From Chrysomallon squamiferum (Eukaryota; Animalia; Mollusca), in contig CM022678.1 of the NCBI GenBank assembly GCA_012295275.1, positions 1,302,001 through 1,366,000 on the forward strand: DNA of 64,000 nt, in the 5' to 3' direction. A program made the translations under genes and the position numbers. Shown piece by piece: positions 11,421 to 24,570 of this stretch. Position 1 is the stretch's first letter, and every line of letters starts with the position of its first letter. The notes beneath the pieces are model-generated. The model did no database searches, had not been told where the DNA came from, and saw only the letters and a program-made list of their open reading frames with translations.

Positions 11421-14400
11421 CTGCATTCTCAACTTTGATTCCAAAAATATATTGTTGAAAGTATTTTAAATAATGAAACGAGAATTGTTTTAATAAATGT
11501 CCTCATTTTGTAAATACTTATGTTAGATTATTATATAAAAATACTCATGAAAACAAAATGATCACAACACTGCTAAAGTGAAAACTTAATATTGTTGTAA
11601 GTAATTACTCTTACATCATATTAGAATCAGTTCATTCAAAATATTTTATAACAATTAACTAATAATTATCACAAAGTATTTGTAGGATGTTTTGTCAGTT
11701 GCAGTACTAAATTATATCTATAAAATAATCATCACAACAGTCATACAGATATATTGTAGTTTATTGTAAATATAATAACTATTAGTATTAGATCAGATAT
11801 ATTAACTTAAACCTTAGTTTTGAAGAAAATGTAATAATTATCGCAATAGATATACTATTTATATTAGTTTTACAATAAATATAATAATTATCACAATAGT
11901 TATTCTAAATTATATCTTAGGTTTGTAGTAAATGAAATTATCACAATAGTTGTGCTAAGATATATATCAGTTTTGTAGTAAATATAATAATTATCAGAAT
12001 AGTTAGAAACAACTAAATTATATTATTAGTTTTGTCATTGGCATTAAATTATATAAACAAAATAAATGTATATATAATATCAGAATAGTTTTAATTATAC
12101 TGTTACCATAGTAAATTATGTGATATAAATGATAACTGCTCATATTTATTTGTATTCAATTTGATTCTAAAATTAAAATTCTTAAAATATATTACTTGTT
12201 CAATAAAACATGATTAACTTTTCTTTTGTGGAAACAAATAATTATAAAATAGTTATAAATACTTCAAATCAGGATGATGCTGTCACATGTTGTACATGAT
12301 CATTTTTTTCTTCATTGTGTCTGCTTCTATAAACACACTTTGAGAATTTGTAGCTTTCAGCTTTCAATAGTCTGCTACATTCTCCATTCCAAATCTTGAT
12401 CACTTCATGATTTCATGTTAATGTACAGACACACTTCCTCTCTGCTGTGGTTGGCAGCTGTCATTTTGACAAACATCTGTAAATAACACAGTATTCAAAT
12501 TTTAATACATTTACATAATTAAAAATCTTTTACAAATAATTTCTTATATTATTAAATTCATATATATTTAATTAGAGAAATCATCTTTTAAATACTTAAA
12601 GAAATTACTTGTAGATATAGACATAGACAGATGTATATAGATGTAGATATATTTATAATACATTTTATACAAATAATTTCTTTAAGTATTTAAAAGGTGA
12701 TATCTATATACACATATAGGTATATATATAGATAGATGTATATAGATGCAGAAAGGGATGGTGGGAATCGGTGTATCTGATGCGAATTAAACAAAGAAAA
12801 TATTCAGGGTACAAGTACTTTGAACAATATATATATATTGTTTTATACATGTTGTGTATGTGTGTGTGTGTGTGTGCGTGTGTGTGTGTGTGAGAGATTG
12901 TAAATTATCACCACGCAGTATGATGAATATTTATGAGAATGTGCGCTGTTAATAATAATTATATTTATACTGTGCAGATCGAAGAACAAAGACAATATTT
13001 TAAAAAATTGTTTATGTATCAAGGATAAAATTATTATTATATAGGTGCATGTTCAACATTTTTTAGCGATTATTAAAATTCATGCGCAATAATTTATCCT
13101 TGAAAACACATGCATTACTTATTATTGTATAAATAGAGTAATATCTCGCTGAACGATATCCTGCTTTAACGATCTTTTTTCTTTACAAATTATATAAACA
13201 GAAATTTAATAGTTGATTGCTCAAAATAAATGCTCGATACAAATGTATACACTGCATGTTTTTAAGTCCGTTTTCGTTCGTTTTTTGTTCATTCACGAGC
13301 TTCTCTCAGCTGTGTTGATCAGTAGATACGGAATACGTGCATCTGATATTCTGATTCTCTTTTGTTTTCTGCTTCGATTTAGACTTAAACTCGTTTGTAA
13401 TTTACCCTTCCAATATCTAAAAACCAATAACACGATACCGGCAAATGCTCATGATAAAAAGAAATGGGAGACAATAACTTTAAAAACAAAATACATTATA
13501 CAGATACAAAAATGAACCCACAATGAGCGGCATATAATTATTTCTTAATTTGTATAAACTGATTTGTAAATGATTTACTGTTTACTTAATATTTATAATC
13601 TATTAAATCATTTATATCTAAACTGCTGTTTTATATCTCCTTATTTCACTTTTTTTTTCTTTCTTATTTTTTTTGTCAAATTTGGAACCAATTACATCTT
13701 TAATCTGAGGTATTATTGTAGTATGGATATCGCTTATCGCATAAAGTATGCAAATATGACAAATATCGAAATAATCTATGTATCGAATGTACTGAATGTA
13801 AATAATTAAAAAAGAAGGTATTCATCTAAAAGTATTCCCAATGATTTGGTCCTTCGAATAAACTTTTTCAGTCATAGCCAAAGTATTTGCAGGTCATAAT
13901 ATCTTTAGTGTACATACTATTAATATACTATGTCATATATATTGTATAACATGTGCACAATGTGAATATGTATGTGTGCATAACGTAAATATGCCCAGAA
14001 ACATATATCTTGAACATGTTTAAGCTGAATATGGTTTACTTCGAACAGTTAATGATAAATGTGACGTTCACATATTCTATTTACTGAATATAAGTGAATT
14101 ACTCGTATGTAAATATTATTATTATTATTATTATTAGATACAAATTTATGGAATTACTTAGTATAATGAATTGAAATATACGGTCAAAACAAACTAATGT
14201 TAAAGTGAAAGTGATTAAAATTCTCAACACAGCGATCACAATTACCTCCCTTGGTATCGCTAACACCAACATCGTCGAACAAAAACTATCAGTATTTATT
14301 AACAAGAGGAAATAAAAATACAAATAAAATAAAATAAATATCAAAAACATTATGCAACGCTAAATTGTGTTATTTTCAAGATGATCTCTTATACTTCACT

Positions 14401-15061
14401 TTGCAACCCATTCCCATCCTAGTGAGAAAATTGATCAATGTCAAAGTTAATTTCTGACCAACGAATGACCGAGGCTACCCGCATTTTCGCCGAGGTATCG
14501 TCAGAATAATCTGAGTGTTTTTATTATAAATTGTTCTTTTAGGGTATTATTTTTGATCGGGTATTTATTTATTTTTTTTGTGGAACGAAAGAAAATTTTC
14601 AGTTAAAAAATCTGTCTTTTAAAATTTCAAATCAAAGTTTTGTTCGATTTATTAGAGGAAAATATATTTTCTACGCTCTTACACACACAATATTTTTCCA
14701 AAATGAATGGGTTTAATCCAACGAAAACGTCGGAAGGCAGAAACAAAACCATATGTTTTCCGACAGATACAGAGAGATGTCACGTGAAAGGCAATCATTC
14801 TTCCAAAAATAATTAAGAATCACACACTTTAATCCGGGCAAAAATAAAGTGGGCTTTAGAAAAGGGTAATGTTACTCCTTATTGTGTTGTACATCGCATA
14901 GATTCTGAACAAAACTTTATCTGTGCCTTCTGGGAAAAACAAAACAAAAAAATATTTCAGGATAATTTATAATTTTGCGCATAATAATAATAATAAATTA
15001 AACAAAAAAATAAGAAAAATTAATGTCTGTCCGAAATGAATGCATTCGAACATCGTTTTCA

Positions 15062-15105
<44 letters not shown>

Positions 15106-15185
15106 TGTAGTAGTAGGTTTTTGTTTAAGAATTGACCGAGACTGAAAACGTTACACTGTGTGTACCATTATTACATAATTCGGTT

Positions 15186-15244
<59 letters not shown>

Positions 15245-15483
15245 GAAGAAGAAGAAGAAAAATGTTTTATAGAAGTGGAGAAAATATACATTTATTATTA
15301 TTATTCACATTCTCAGAACATTTTTCTGTACGATATCATTTAAAGGTATCTAAATATCACATGAAATACACACATAATTATAATAAATTGTAATTATTTC
15401 AAAGACAAAAACATTTCCAGTTTAAAAAATCTACACTCGATCATTTATTTATTTATTTATTTATTTATTATTATTATTATTAC

Positions 15484-15537
<54 letters not shown>

Positions 15538-16424
15538 CTGGTGTCTACGTGACAAATCTCATGTTAAGTATTTCAAATATTTAGATCACGTGACAGTGAT
15601 CTCACCGGAAAGTAACACAGACCTTGTTGATTTTATTAAGTTTTAATAATAAAAATTTTATTCTGAAACATTTACAAAATTATTTGTATCGTAGTATTTA
15701 TCCATTGATTTAATTTATCGTAGAGATGTAATTTAATAAATAATTAAATTTTCATTTAATGAAGTCGAAATATTTAACAATGCGAATGTTTCATGACCTT
15801 GTCAAAAAACAAATTCCACATAAAGCGATCCAAAAAAAAAAAAAAAAAAAAAAAGATAAGAAAAAAAAAAAAACAATAACAAACAAAGAAACAAATAAAA
15901 GATAAAATTCAAACCATACATCAGCATTATCATTTGACGAAACAAGTGAATTCCTTTTTTTGTTGTTCAAAGCAGATATTCCGTAGATATTTATTCATCT
16001 TTCGACTGCTTTATAACTGAACAAATATTCGTAGATGCTGCTTATTTATTTATTTATGATTATTATTATTATTATTAATAATATTATTATTATTATTATT
16101 ATTATATTATTATTATTATTATTATAGATATATTTCGACCTATTATCTGTTTATACTTATAATATAAAAGATAATCCTTATTTATTTATTTATTTATTTA
16201 TTTATAATGCAGTTTTGTTAGTTGATAATTGTTGATGTATTATTTTAAAATGAAAACGCAAAAGTGAGCCGAGTCTCTGATGTTACATTCCGTGTTCGCC
16301 GCAAAAAGAGCAAAACATAAGTAAATAAACTAAACTAAAATAACATAATTAAGTTTGTAAAACAAATGAAATAAGCAGACAATCAACAGTGAAGTAATAG
16401 CAGTGTAGTAAAAGGTTTGCCTAC

Positions 16425-16570
16425 CTGTAGTAGAAATCGAAAAAAAATTGGAATCTCTTCAACTAACGAATTGTCACAAATTCTACACCGTCTGCTCACT
16501 CTGTGAATCGTCCACTTAAATGCATAGGTGACGTTTTTATAAGACGACACGTGACTGGTTTGCATTTGCA
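16425..16570 (-). other. Putative upstream (probably non-coding) exon, copy 1 of 3
   Basis: Ends ctacag/gtaggc donor; homologous to 20309-20440 and 21663-21810. Confidence 0.5.
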
Positions 16571-17088
16571 CGTAGTGTTGTTGCTTGGTGACAGTGTAAG
16601 TTCTACACGTTTTACATAAGTTCTAACCTAGCATTTCAAACTGGTTTGTATTCTTTTGGGCAAAACATGAAAGGGATGGAAATCATGAATTCAAACATTA
16701 ACATTAAAATAACCATTTACTAAATTTCAGTAAATACAGCAGCTATATAAGACAGTAACATAATGTAAGATGTACTAACACAAAAGCAATGTATAGAAAT
16801 GTCATACACTGTATGTAAAGAACAATGTACAGTAGAAAAATGTAGTCTAGGTTTGATGAAGTTTGTCAGGTTAGGATGGTTGTGGGTGAAATTGTAAAAT
16901 TTACTTTTAACTTGATGGAAAGTGGGAGGAGACAGGATTACTGTCAATGTGTAGTAGCCTCGCAATAACTTAACAGTATTTAGAGGTAAGGTTTTAAGTG
17001 AGAAATAGCAGAAAGTTGAAATTATGTGATTTTTTCCTCATTTAGTCCAGGTTTTCCCACATCCGAGATCCGTGGAAACCAGATTCCA

Positions 17089-17094
<6 letters not shown>

Positions 17095-17132
<38 letters not shown>

Positions 17133-17570
17133 CCACCTACCCCCCACCCCCCACACATATAGTTACATGTAACCATACACATACAAACATACAAACACAA
17201 GTACATACACACAAATACACATAAACACACCCACAAACACATACACAAACAGAAACACACCAAAAAACACAAACACATAGACACACAGACACAAACACAC
17301 ACAGCCATAAACACAGACACAAGGGCAGACAGATACATACACACACAGACACATACAGAAACATACAGAGACAGACACACAAACACGCACACAGAAGAAC
17401 ACACATACAAACACATATGTATACAGACATACACAGAAACAAAGACACACAAACATAAAGAGACAAACAGGCACACAGAAGAACACACACGTATAATACA
17501 CAGAAAAAACACACACAAATATAAAGAGACAAACACGCACACAAACACACACGTATACATACGCAGAAAC
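17095..17570. repeat. Degenerate (CA)n-rich tract
   Basis: Direct reading; explains the spurious Cys/Val ORFs. Confidence 0.9.
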
Positions 17571-17756
17571 ACCTGAAACCAAATTAGCTGAGGGATAAAT
17601 GCAGACATTTAACTACGCTACACAAGCCTTGTATATATATATATATATAAAACTCTTGAATACGTTATTTTAACTATCGTAAACAGTTTTATTTTAAAAT
17701 GTTTCATCCCTCTTCATCTTATTTTATTTTATTATTTTTTAAATTATTTATTTATT

Positions 17757-17833
<77 letters not shown>

Positions 17834-18242
17834 TTTATGTCTTGTTAAACTTTATTACCCGTAACGTAAATAAATGTTACAAGAACACGCAGATATCTCA
17901 TGTTTAAACTTTCCATGTGCTTCTAACTGCAGTTCGTTCTAGGTCACCCGTTTATTTAAATACAGGTGTTACTCTTGTTATCCTGTGACTTCACTGAATG
18001 TTCTAAATATATCACGTTTCTGAAAACTGGCTTCAATACGAAGTCAGAAAGCAGTAGAGCGTGACAGCTGGTTGAACTACACCAACGATTATAACAGATA
18101 ATAATATCGTGTTTAGAATGAAATCAACATCATTAGAAGCAAAAGAAACAATACTTATACACAATAACCATTCAATGTAATTTAAAGTCTAATACATTCC
18201 TCGAAATTGTTTTTAATAAAAAAATGTAATCTATTATTCAAA

Positions 18243-18362
18243 CTTTATCAAGAGGAGTTTAACCATCGCAGTTAATAATATTTACATCAACACGTTTTTC
18301 AAACAAAGCTCCATAATGAGCTGCTAGATGTAAAACAGAACTGTTTTTGTTGTCTGTTAAGA
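18243..18362 (-). pseudogene. Isolated ankyrin-repeat relic paralogous to the NLR-like gene
   Basis: Translates LTDNKNSSVLHLAAHYGALFEKRVDVNIINCDG*TPLDK; DNA closely matches the repeat units at 490-2850. Confidence 0.85.
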
Positions 18363-20109
18363 AATTAACATGTATTGTTAACTGTTTTCAACATCTTTTA
18401 CCTTTTAAATAAAAATAATATTATTTTTTGACAAACCCACAGTCAAAAATAACTGTAATGAGAAGAAAAAAGATTATATACACATCCACACACACACACA
18501 CACATATACAGACACACACACACATGCACCCACACAGTGAGTGATTAAGTATAGTCTGAAATGACTGATGCAATGAAATTATTTGTATCAGACATGCACA
18601 GACCTTGCACCACTTTGTCATGTTTACCGGATTCATATGTAACTGTATAAACATTAAAAGTCATGTGCTTATAGAATGCAGACAGAGGGAACAAAGACTT
18701 ACAGAAACAACAAAATATAAGGAAAACAACAAGAAAATAATAGTGAACATTTTCTCACACTTAATCTTAGCCTCCAAAAGAAACCAGATTAATTAACACG
18801 CACACACACACGCACACACGTACACACATATCAGCCGTTACATAAAAGTATTACTATTTAACACTGAAGTAGAACACCGATAATACGATATCATTTTTGA
18901 AATATGTAAATAAGACAATGATACACAAAGTATTTGAAAATAAAATAAATAAAAACGGAATAGTCACAATCGTAGTTCAGTCCTAAAACTGTTAATTAAA
19001 ACATTTGTTTTTAAGACTGGCCAAATTTTGTTTTCTATAATAAAAATAATAAACAGTTGTAACAATAAAGTGTGCTCTTTACTAATTCGTGTCTACGTAA
19101 CAAAACTCATGTTAAATATTTGAATGAGGTACATGTCTAGATCATGTGACGATGATCTTAACCATTAAGCTTGTTTATTTTTAGAATGTGACAACAGAAA
19201 CTGTGTATTAATAATAAACTTTTCATTTTCCAACATTTACCAAATCAACTGATATCGTACTATTTCATAACAGTAAAGTAATTTAACAAATAATTTGATA
19301 TAAAGCAGACAAGAAATTAAACAATAAAATAATTTGAATCTGCCAAAACAACAAACAAATATATTCAAAGAGATGATACTCCATATTAAAGATTTAAAAA
19401 ATACATTCCAAAAATAAAACTACAACAATAACAAAAAAACAACAACAAATAAAGAAGAAAATAAGAACCAAATCAACTAATAAATATAACTGTAAAAAGG
19501 AATATCAAATTTAGTTATTTTAATCTTCAGCTCAGTATTAGATTATAATTATACTAAATCAGTAGATAGAAATCAAACTAATACCTTATTAATGTAGACT
19601 AAACATTGAAAATATTTTTAACCAATGTCTCATCATAATTATTCTACACTTTTTGCAGCTTCCCGAATAGACTGAATTATATCAGCATCAATATTTGAAG
19701 ATATCAATTAATTTCAATAGATGTATTTTTAAATAATAAGATATTACCTAGACATTTTATTCCTTCATCGACTATTTTATAAGGCAACTGAGAAAAGTAC
19801 ACGTTATTATTTTTGCAAACATTCTTTCATCAACAGTGGTTATACTTAAACAGAGCATCCATTATTTGTCCTTTTTTATTCTTTCGATATTGTTGTCGTT
19901 GTTATACAAAGATAAAATTCGATCTAATAATAAATAAATAAACTAACTCATAAAAGTAATTTTCTTTGATCAACTTTCATCCAAATATACCTTTCTTATT
20001 TATTTATTTTCATTTTACTTTAGTTATTTATTTGCTTATTTATTTATTGATTTATTGATTTATTTACATATATTATTTATTTAATTTTACCATGTAACAA
20101 GTAAATATA

Positions 20110-20146
<37 letters not shown>

Positions 20147-20308
20147 AAATAAATTAATTAATTAATTAATTAACAAAAATAATATTATTTTTTTACTCGT
20201 TCTCTGGTGTATTATATCGTAATTGTTTTCTGCGAGGGTTGTTTTTGGTTAATAAAAAAAAAGAAGAAGAAAAAAGCGCAAATGGAATATAGTATAAAGT
20301 TTGCTTAC

Positions 20309-20445
20309 CTGTAGTAGAAATAGAAGTAAAACAGCAATCTTGTAGAATAAATTCACACACAAAATATTTGCCGTCTGCTCGTTCTGTCAGTCATCTGCTT
20401 GGACACATTGAGTGATTTTTTACAAGATGACACGTCACAGATCCC
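20309..20445 (-). other. Putative upstream exon, copy 2
   Basis: ctacag/gtaagc donor; shares ccgtctgctc and gacacgtcac with copies 1 and 3. Confidence 0.45.
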
Positions 20446-20480
20446 GGATGTTCAGTCATCTCTGTAAGAAAAGCAGTTTG

Positions 20481-20533
<53 letters not shown>

Positions 20534-20651
20534 CTATTTCTTTATATATTTATTTATTTATTGTTGGGTTTTTTAATAGACTGGTAGACAAAGATGACGT
20601 CTAATATACGAATCAATCAAAAGTCACATTTCACACTCACACACATCGATC

Positions 20652-20692
<41 letters not shown>

Positions 20693-21164
20693 TTATGTAT
20701 GTATAATATATACACACACACAAAATTAATAGTCATAAAACATAAATAAATAAATAAAAAACTAATTAAAACAAGTTTTCTTAAATTCAGATTTGTGAAA
20801 GGAAAACATCATTTTGAAGTGAAATCTGTGCTCTTCTACTTGAGATTAGACTTTTTAATGCAAATGGGGAAAACTCGAGAGGGCAGAAACCACGTGTGTT
20901 TTCCCACACGTAGAGAGGCATGCTACAATGTTTGAGTACGTGAAAGGTCATGACTCTTCAAAAAATAATTTAAATCAATCGCACACTTTCATTACAACAA
21001 AAACAAACAGTGCACACTAGATTCAGGCCTTGCAGGCAGATGTGTAGTGCGGACATCAAAAAACAAACAACAATGTATACTTATATCTAGGAGCAATTTT
21101 AAAAATGTAAATACTGATAAAAAAATGATTATAATGGTTGCTGAATATTATAATTAATAATTGT

Positions 21165-21208
<44 letters not shown>

Positions 21209-21662
21209 TGATGATGATGATGAACAACGAATACATAAATAAATAATTTAATAATTTTTATTACACATTCTGAACAGAGTAGCAATATTTACTTTTATGT
21301 GTTATTATTATTATTATTACTGTTGTTGTTGTTGTTGTTGTTAGTATTTACATATTCGGAACAGCTGACTACAATATCATTTTAGAATTATCTAAATATG
21401 ACATGATATGACATTATAATAAACTATAATTATTTGAAGAAAAAAAAATTACAGTTCAAAAACTCTCCATTGAATCATTTATTTATTTCAAAAAATGGCT
21501 AATTATTATTATCATCATCATCATCATCATCATCATTATTATTATTATTATTTTAATTTATTTATTTATTGTTTTAATTAAGAAAAATCATTAATCAGAT
21601 ACTGTGAAATAAACCACCAACAATCACTACTAATAGTAATGCATAGTGTAAGGTGTGCCTAC

Positions 21663-21810
21663 CTGTCAATCGAAACTGAAGTAAAACTCGAAACTTTTCA
21701 ACTAACAAGCTGACACAAATTCTGTGCCGACTGCTTGCTCTGTGAATCGTCTGCTTAGACACGTCACGTGATATTTTTGTAAGACGACACGTCACAGCTT
21801 TGCACGTATT
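21663..21810 (-). other. Putative upstream exon, copy 3
   Basis: gacag/gtaggc donor; shares ctctgtgaatcgtc and taagacgacacgt with copy 1. Confidence 0.45.
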
Positions 21811-22034
21811 GTGTTACTCTGCGTTTAGTCTGCATCCGTAAAATACACTAACTTACAGTTTTATTTTATAACCTTTCATCCAACTCTACATTTCACATTT
21901 CTTTCTTTCTTTATTTATTATTTACTTATTTATTTACTTTATTCCTTTTTATTTATTTATTTATTTATTTATTTATTAATTATTATTATTATTGTTGTTG
22001 TTGTTATCATTATTTGTATTATTATTATTATTAT

Positions 22035-22065
<31 letters not shown>

Positions 22066-22957
22066 CGTAGTAGTAGTAGTATATTTGTATTTTTATTTAT
22101 TTCATTTCATTCTATTGGATGTCCTGTTATAATTTTCAACATAGATCATGAGTAAAAATTACATGACTAAAATGCATATCTTTCATGTTTAATTTTGAAA
22201 GCAGGTAAACAAACCCAAATTCCATATTTTGTTCATCTAATCTATTAATAACTGATTAATTTAAGTTCTTTTTCTTTCTTTCCTTGTTTCCTTCCTTCTT
22301 TCTTTCTTTCTTTCTTTCATAGTTTACTTATTTATGTATGTATTGATTTACATTTCGCAGTTAACGTGAGGCTTGATATTAATTATTACTGAAAACGAAA
22401 CTGGATTCATGTAAAAGATCTCTTATTAAAAGATTTTCTTTTAACTTTCCTTTCTTTTCTTTCCTTCTTTCTTCTCGATTCATCAGGTAACAGTTATCTA
22501 TAAATAGCTAATCCACAGCAGTAAAACGCAAATCTCTTGTGATCATGGGGTCAGTCATGCTAAGCAATCTTTTTATTTCGGGTACATTGTATTTACCTCG
22601 TTGTCTTGACAACAAATCCAGCAGCGTCCATGGGGTAGGAAAGCCAGTGCCTAGTTTCTCCTTGATTTAAATCTTTCCTTCTCCTTCTTCTTCTTTCGTT
22701 CTCTTTTCTATTTATTTATTCCTCAGTTAAATTATGTGCCAGTTTCAGATAAAATGTTTGATACGCATGTAATTTTAACAATGAATATAACAATACATTT
22801 ACTTTTTGTCGTACCAGTATGTACCAGTGTTTCTTCGACTTTAAAGTGAACCTGTCTGATTAATAAGAACAGATACTGTCTAGCAAAATTCTGTATACTT
22901 CCAAGTTATTATTTCTTTACTTAGAGCGACCTTTCATTATACATAACACAGTTTGAC

Positions 22958-23070
<113 letters not shown>

Positions 23071-23478
23071 AATAACAAATGTATGAAACTAAGTTCATCA
23101 GAACAATTTTAAAAACTATAACAACATTTAGATTCTTCACACATCTTTCACTGCTGTTTCTAACTATGAAACTTGGCTGGTAAAGAATCTTTTAAATTAC
23201 ATGGAATAATTTAGACTTTTTATTCAGTCTGTTGTTGTAAAGTGTGTTTCTAAACAGATCAGCCAAATCTTTTAACTGATATCGAAAAAGCTGTTATGTA
23301 CATTTATCTATTTCAGTATCTATGTATGTATGTATGTATGTACGTAGCTATCAATCTGGCTATAAATGTTTACTTCATTTTGCTTCTTTTTATTATTTTG
23401 TCTTCATGTAATTTGATCTCATTCAATACAATTTTATTAATTTTTTATTTGATTTCGTATTTCATTTCCTTTTTTTCA

Positions 23479-23511
<33 letters not shown>

Positions 23512-23564
23512 GTTGTTGCTGTTATTGTGTTGCTTTTTGTGGATTTTTTTTTTCTATTTTATAG

Positions 23565-24570
23565 CTCTACAGTTACTTAGATCGCATGTTAATCGTGTTC
23601 ATGGCTGAGTTGTTAACAAGGAGAATTTGAAACCTTTGCAGGTACTCTCACCGTTAGATACTTTGAAAATGTCGTTACACGGGTATTAAAGATAATACTA
23701 CTGATACCGCCTAGTTTTGTCTGTCAAACAGTAGGTCAGATTTCAAAGTTTAATCTTAAACTAGATTTATTATTATTATTATTAGCATCATCATCATCAT
23801 AATTATTACATTTTTTTACTGTGTGTAAATATTCTGCTAGTTGTTAACTGTTTATTGATTAATTTTCTGTCTCTTATTTTCTTTTTGTACTTTGTTGTTT
23901 TAGTGGACTGTTTCATTTTCTAAATGAGATATTTGACGCTGACTTACAGTTATTTATAGATTATTGTAATTTGAGAAAAGAATGAGAAGGAAGATGATGA
24001 AAAATATAATGAACTGAATGTTAACACGAATGGTTTTTAAAATAAAATTTATCAGAGTTTATTTCCCGCTATATCTGCAGTGTCGTGTTTTATATGGATA
24101 AATTAAAGCTAAAATGATCGTAGCTGCAGAATACCTAGCTTCTCTCTTTCTTACCCTGCATGCAAACAGTTTCAAAAACATTGTAAAAGTTGTAACGATC
24201 TACCTGTACTCAAATAAATGATTGACTTGAACTGTGACCTCAACGATAACAACAAACTGTGTGGGTTCTGAAAGTTCTTTATTGAAATTTGAAGCGATCT
24301 GCATATTAGCCCTGTAACTGTTATTCATCCTGTAGGTAGAAATACGAAACTTTTTTTTTTTTTTTTTTTGTGCTTAGTTCATGTATAGATACTTAGACAG
24401 ACCGCACGTTACTCGTGTTCACAGTTGTGCTGTAAACAAGGAGAATTTGAAACCAGTGTAGTTGCACTCGTTGTTGTATACGGGTATTGAAGATAATATT
24501 ACTAATACTGCCTAATTTTGTCTGTGAAACAGTAGGTCAGATTTCAAACTTTATTCTCAAACTACACTTC
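23565..24570. repeat. Direct duplication of about 200 bp (23565-23765 and 24385-24570)
   Basis: Both copies contain aacaaggagaatttgaaacc...cgggtatt.aagataata...ttttgtctgt.aaacagtaggtcagatttcaaa. Confidence 0.85.

Noticed and set aside
12262-12477. Exon-like segment with minus-strand acceptor and donor
   Set aside because: Stops in all three frames; at most a 5' UTR exon, not callable without transcripts
13245-13416. Purine-rich minus-strand segment resembling a decayed exon
   Set aside because: In-frame stops and no recognisable homology
17042-17608. Cys/Val-rich ORFs (also 41598-42138, 35634-36334, 30883-31113)
   Set aside because: Translations of (CA)n and (CT)n microsatellites
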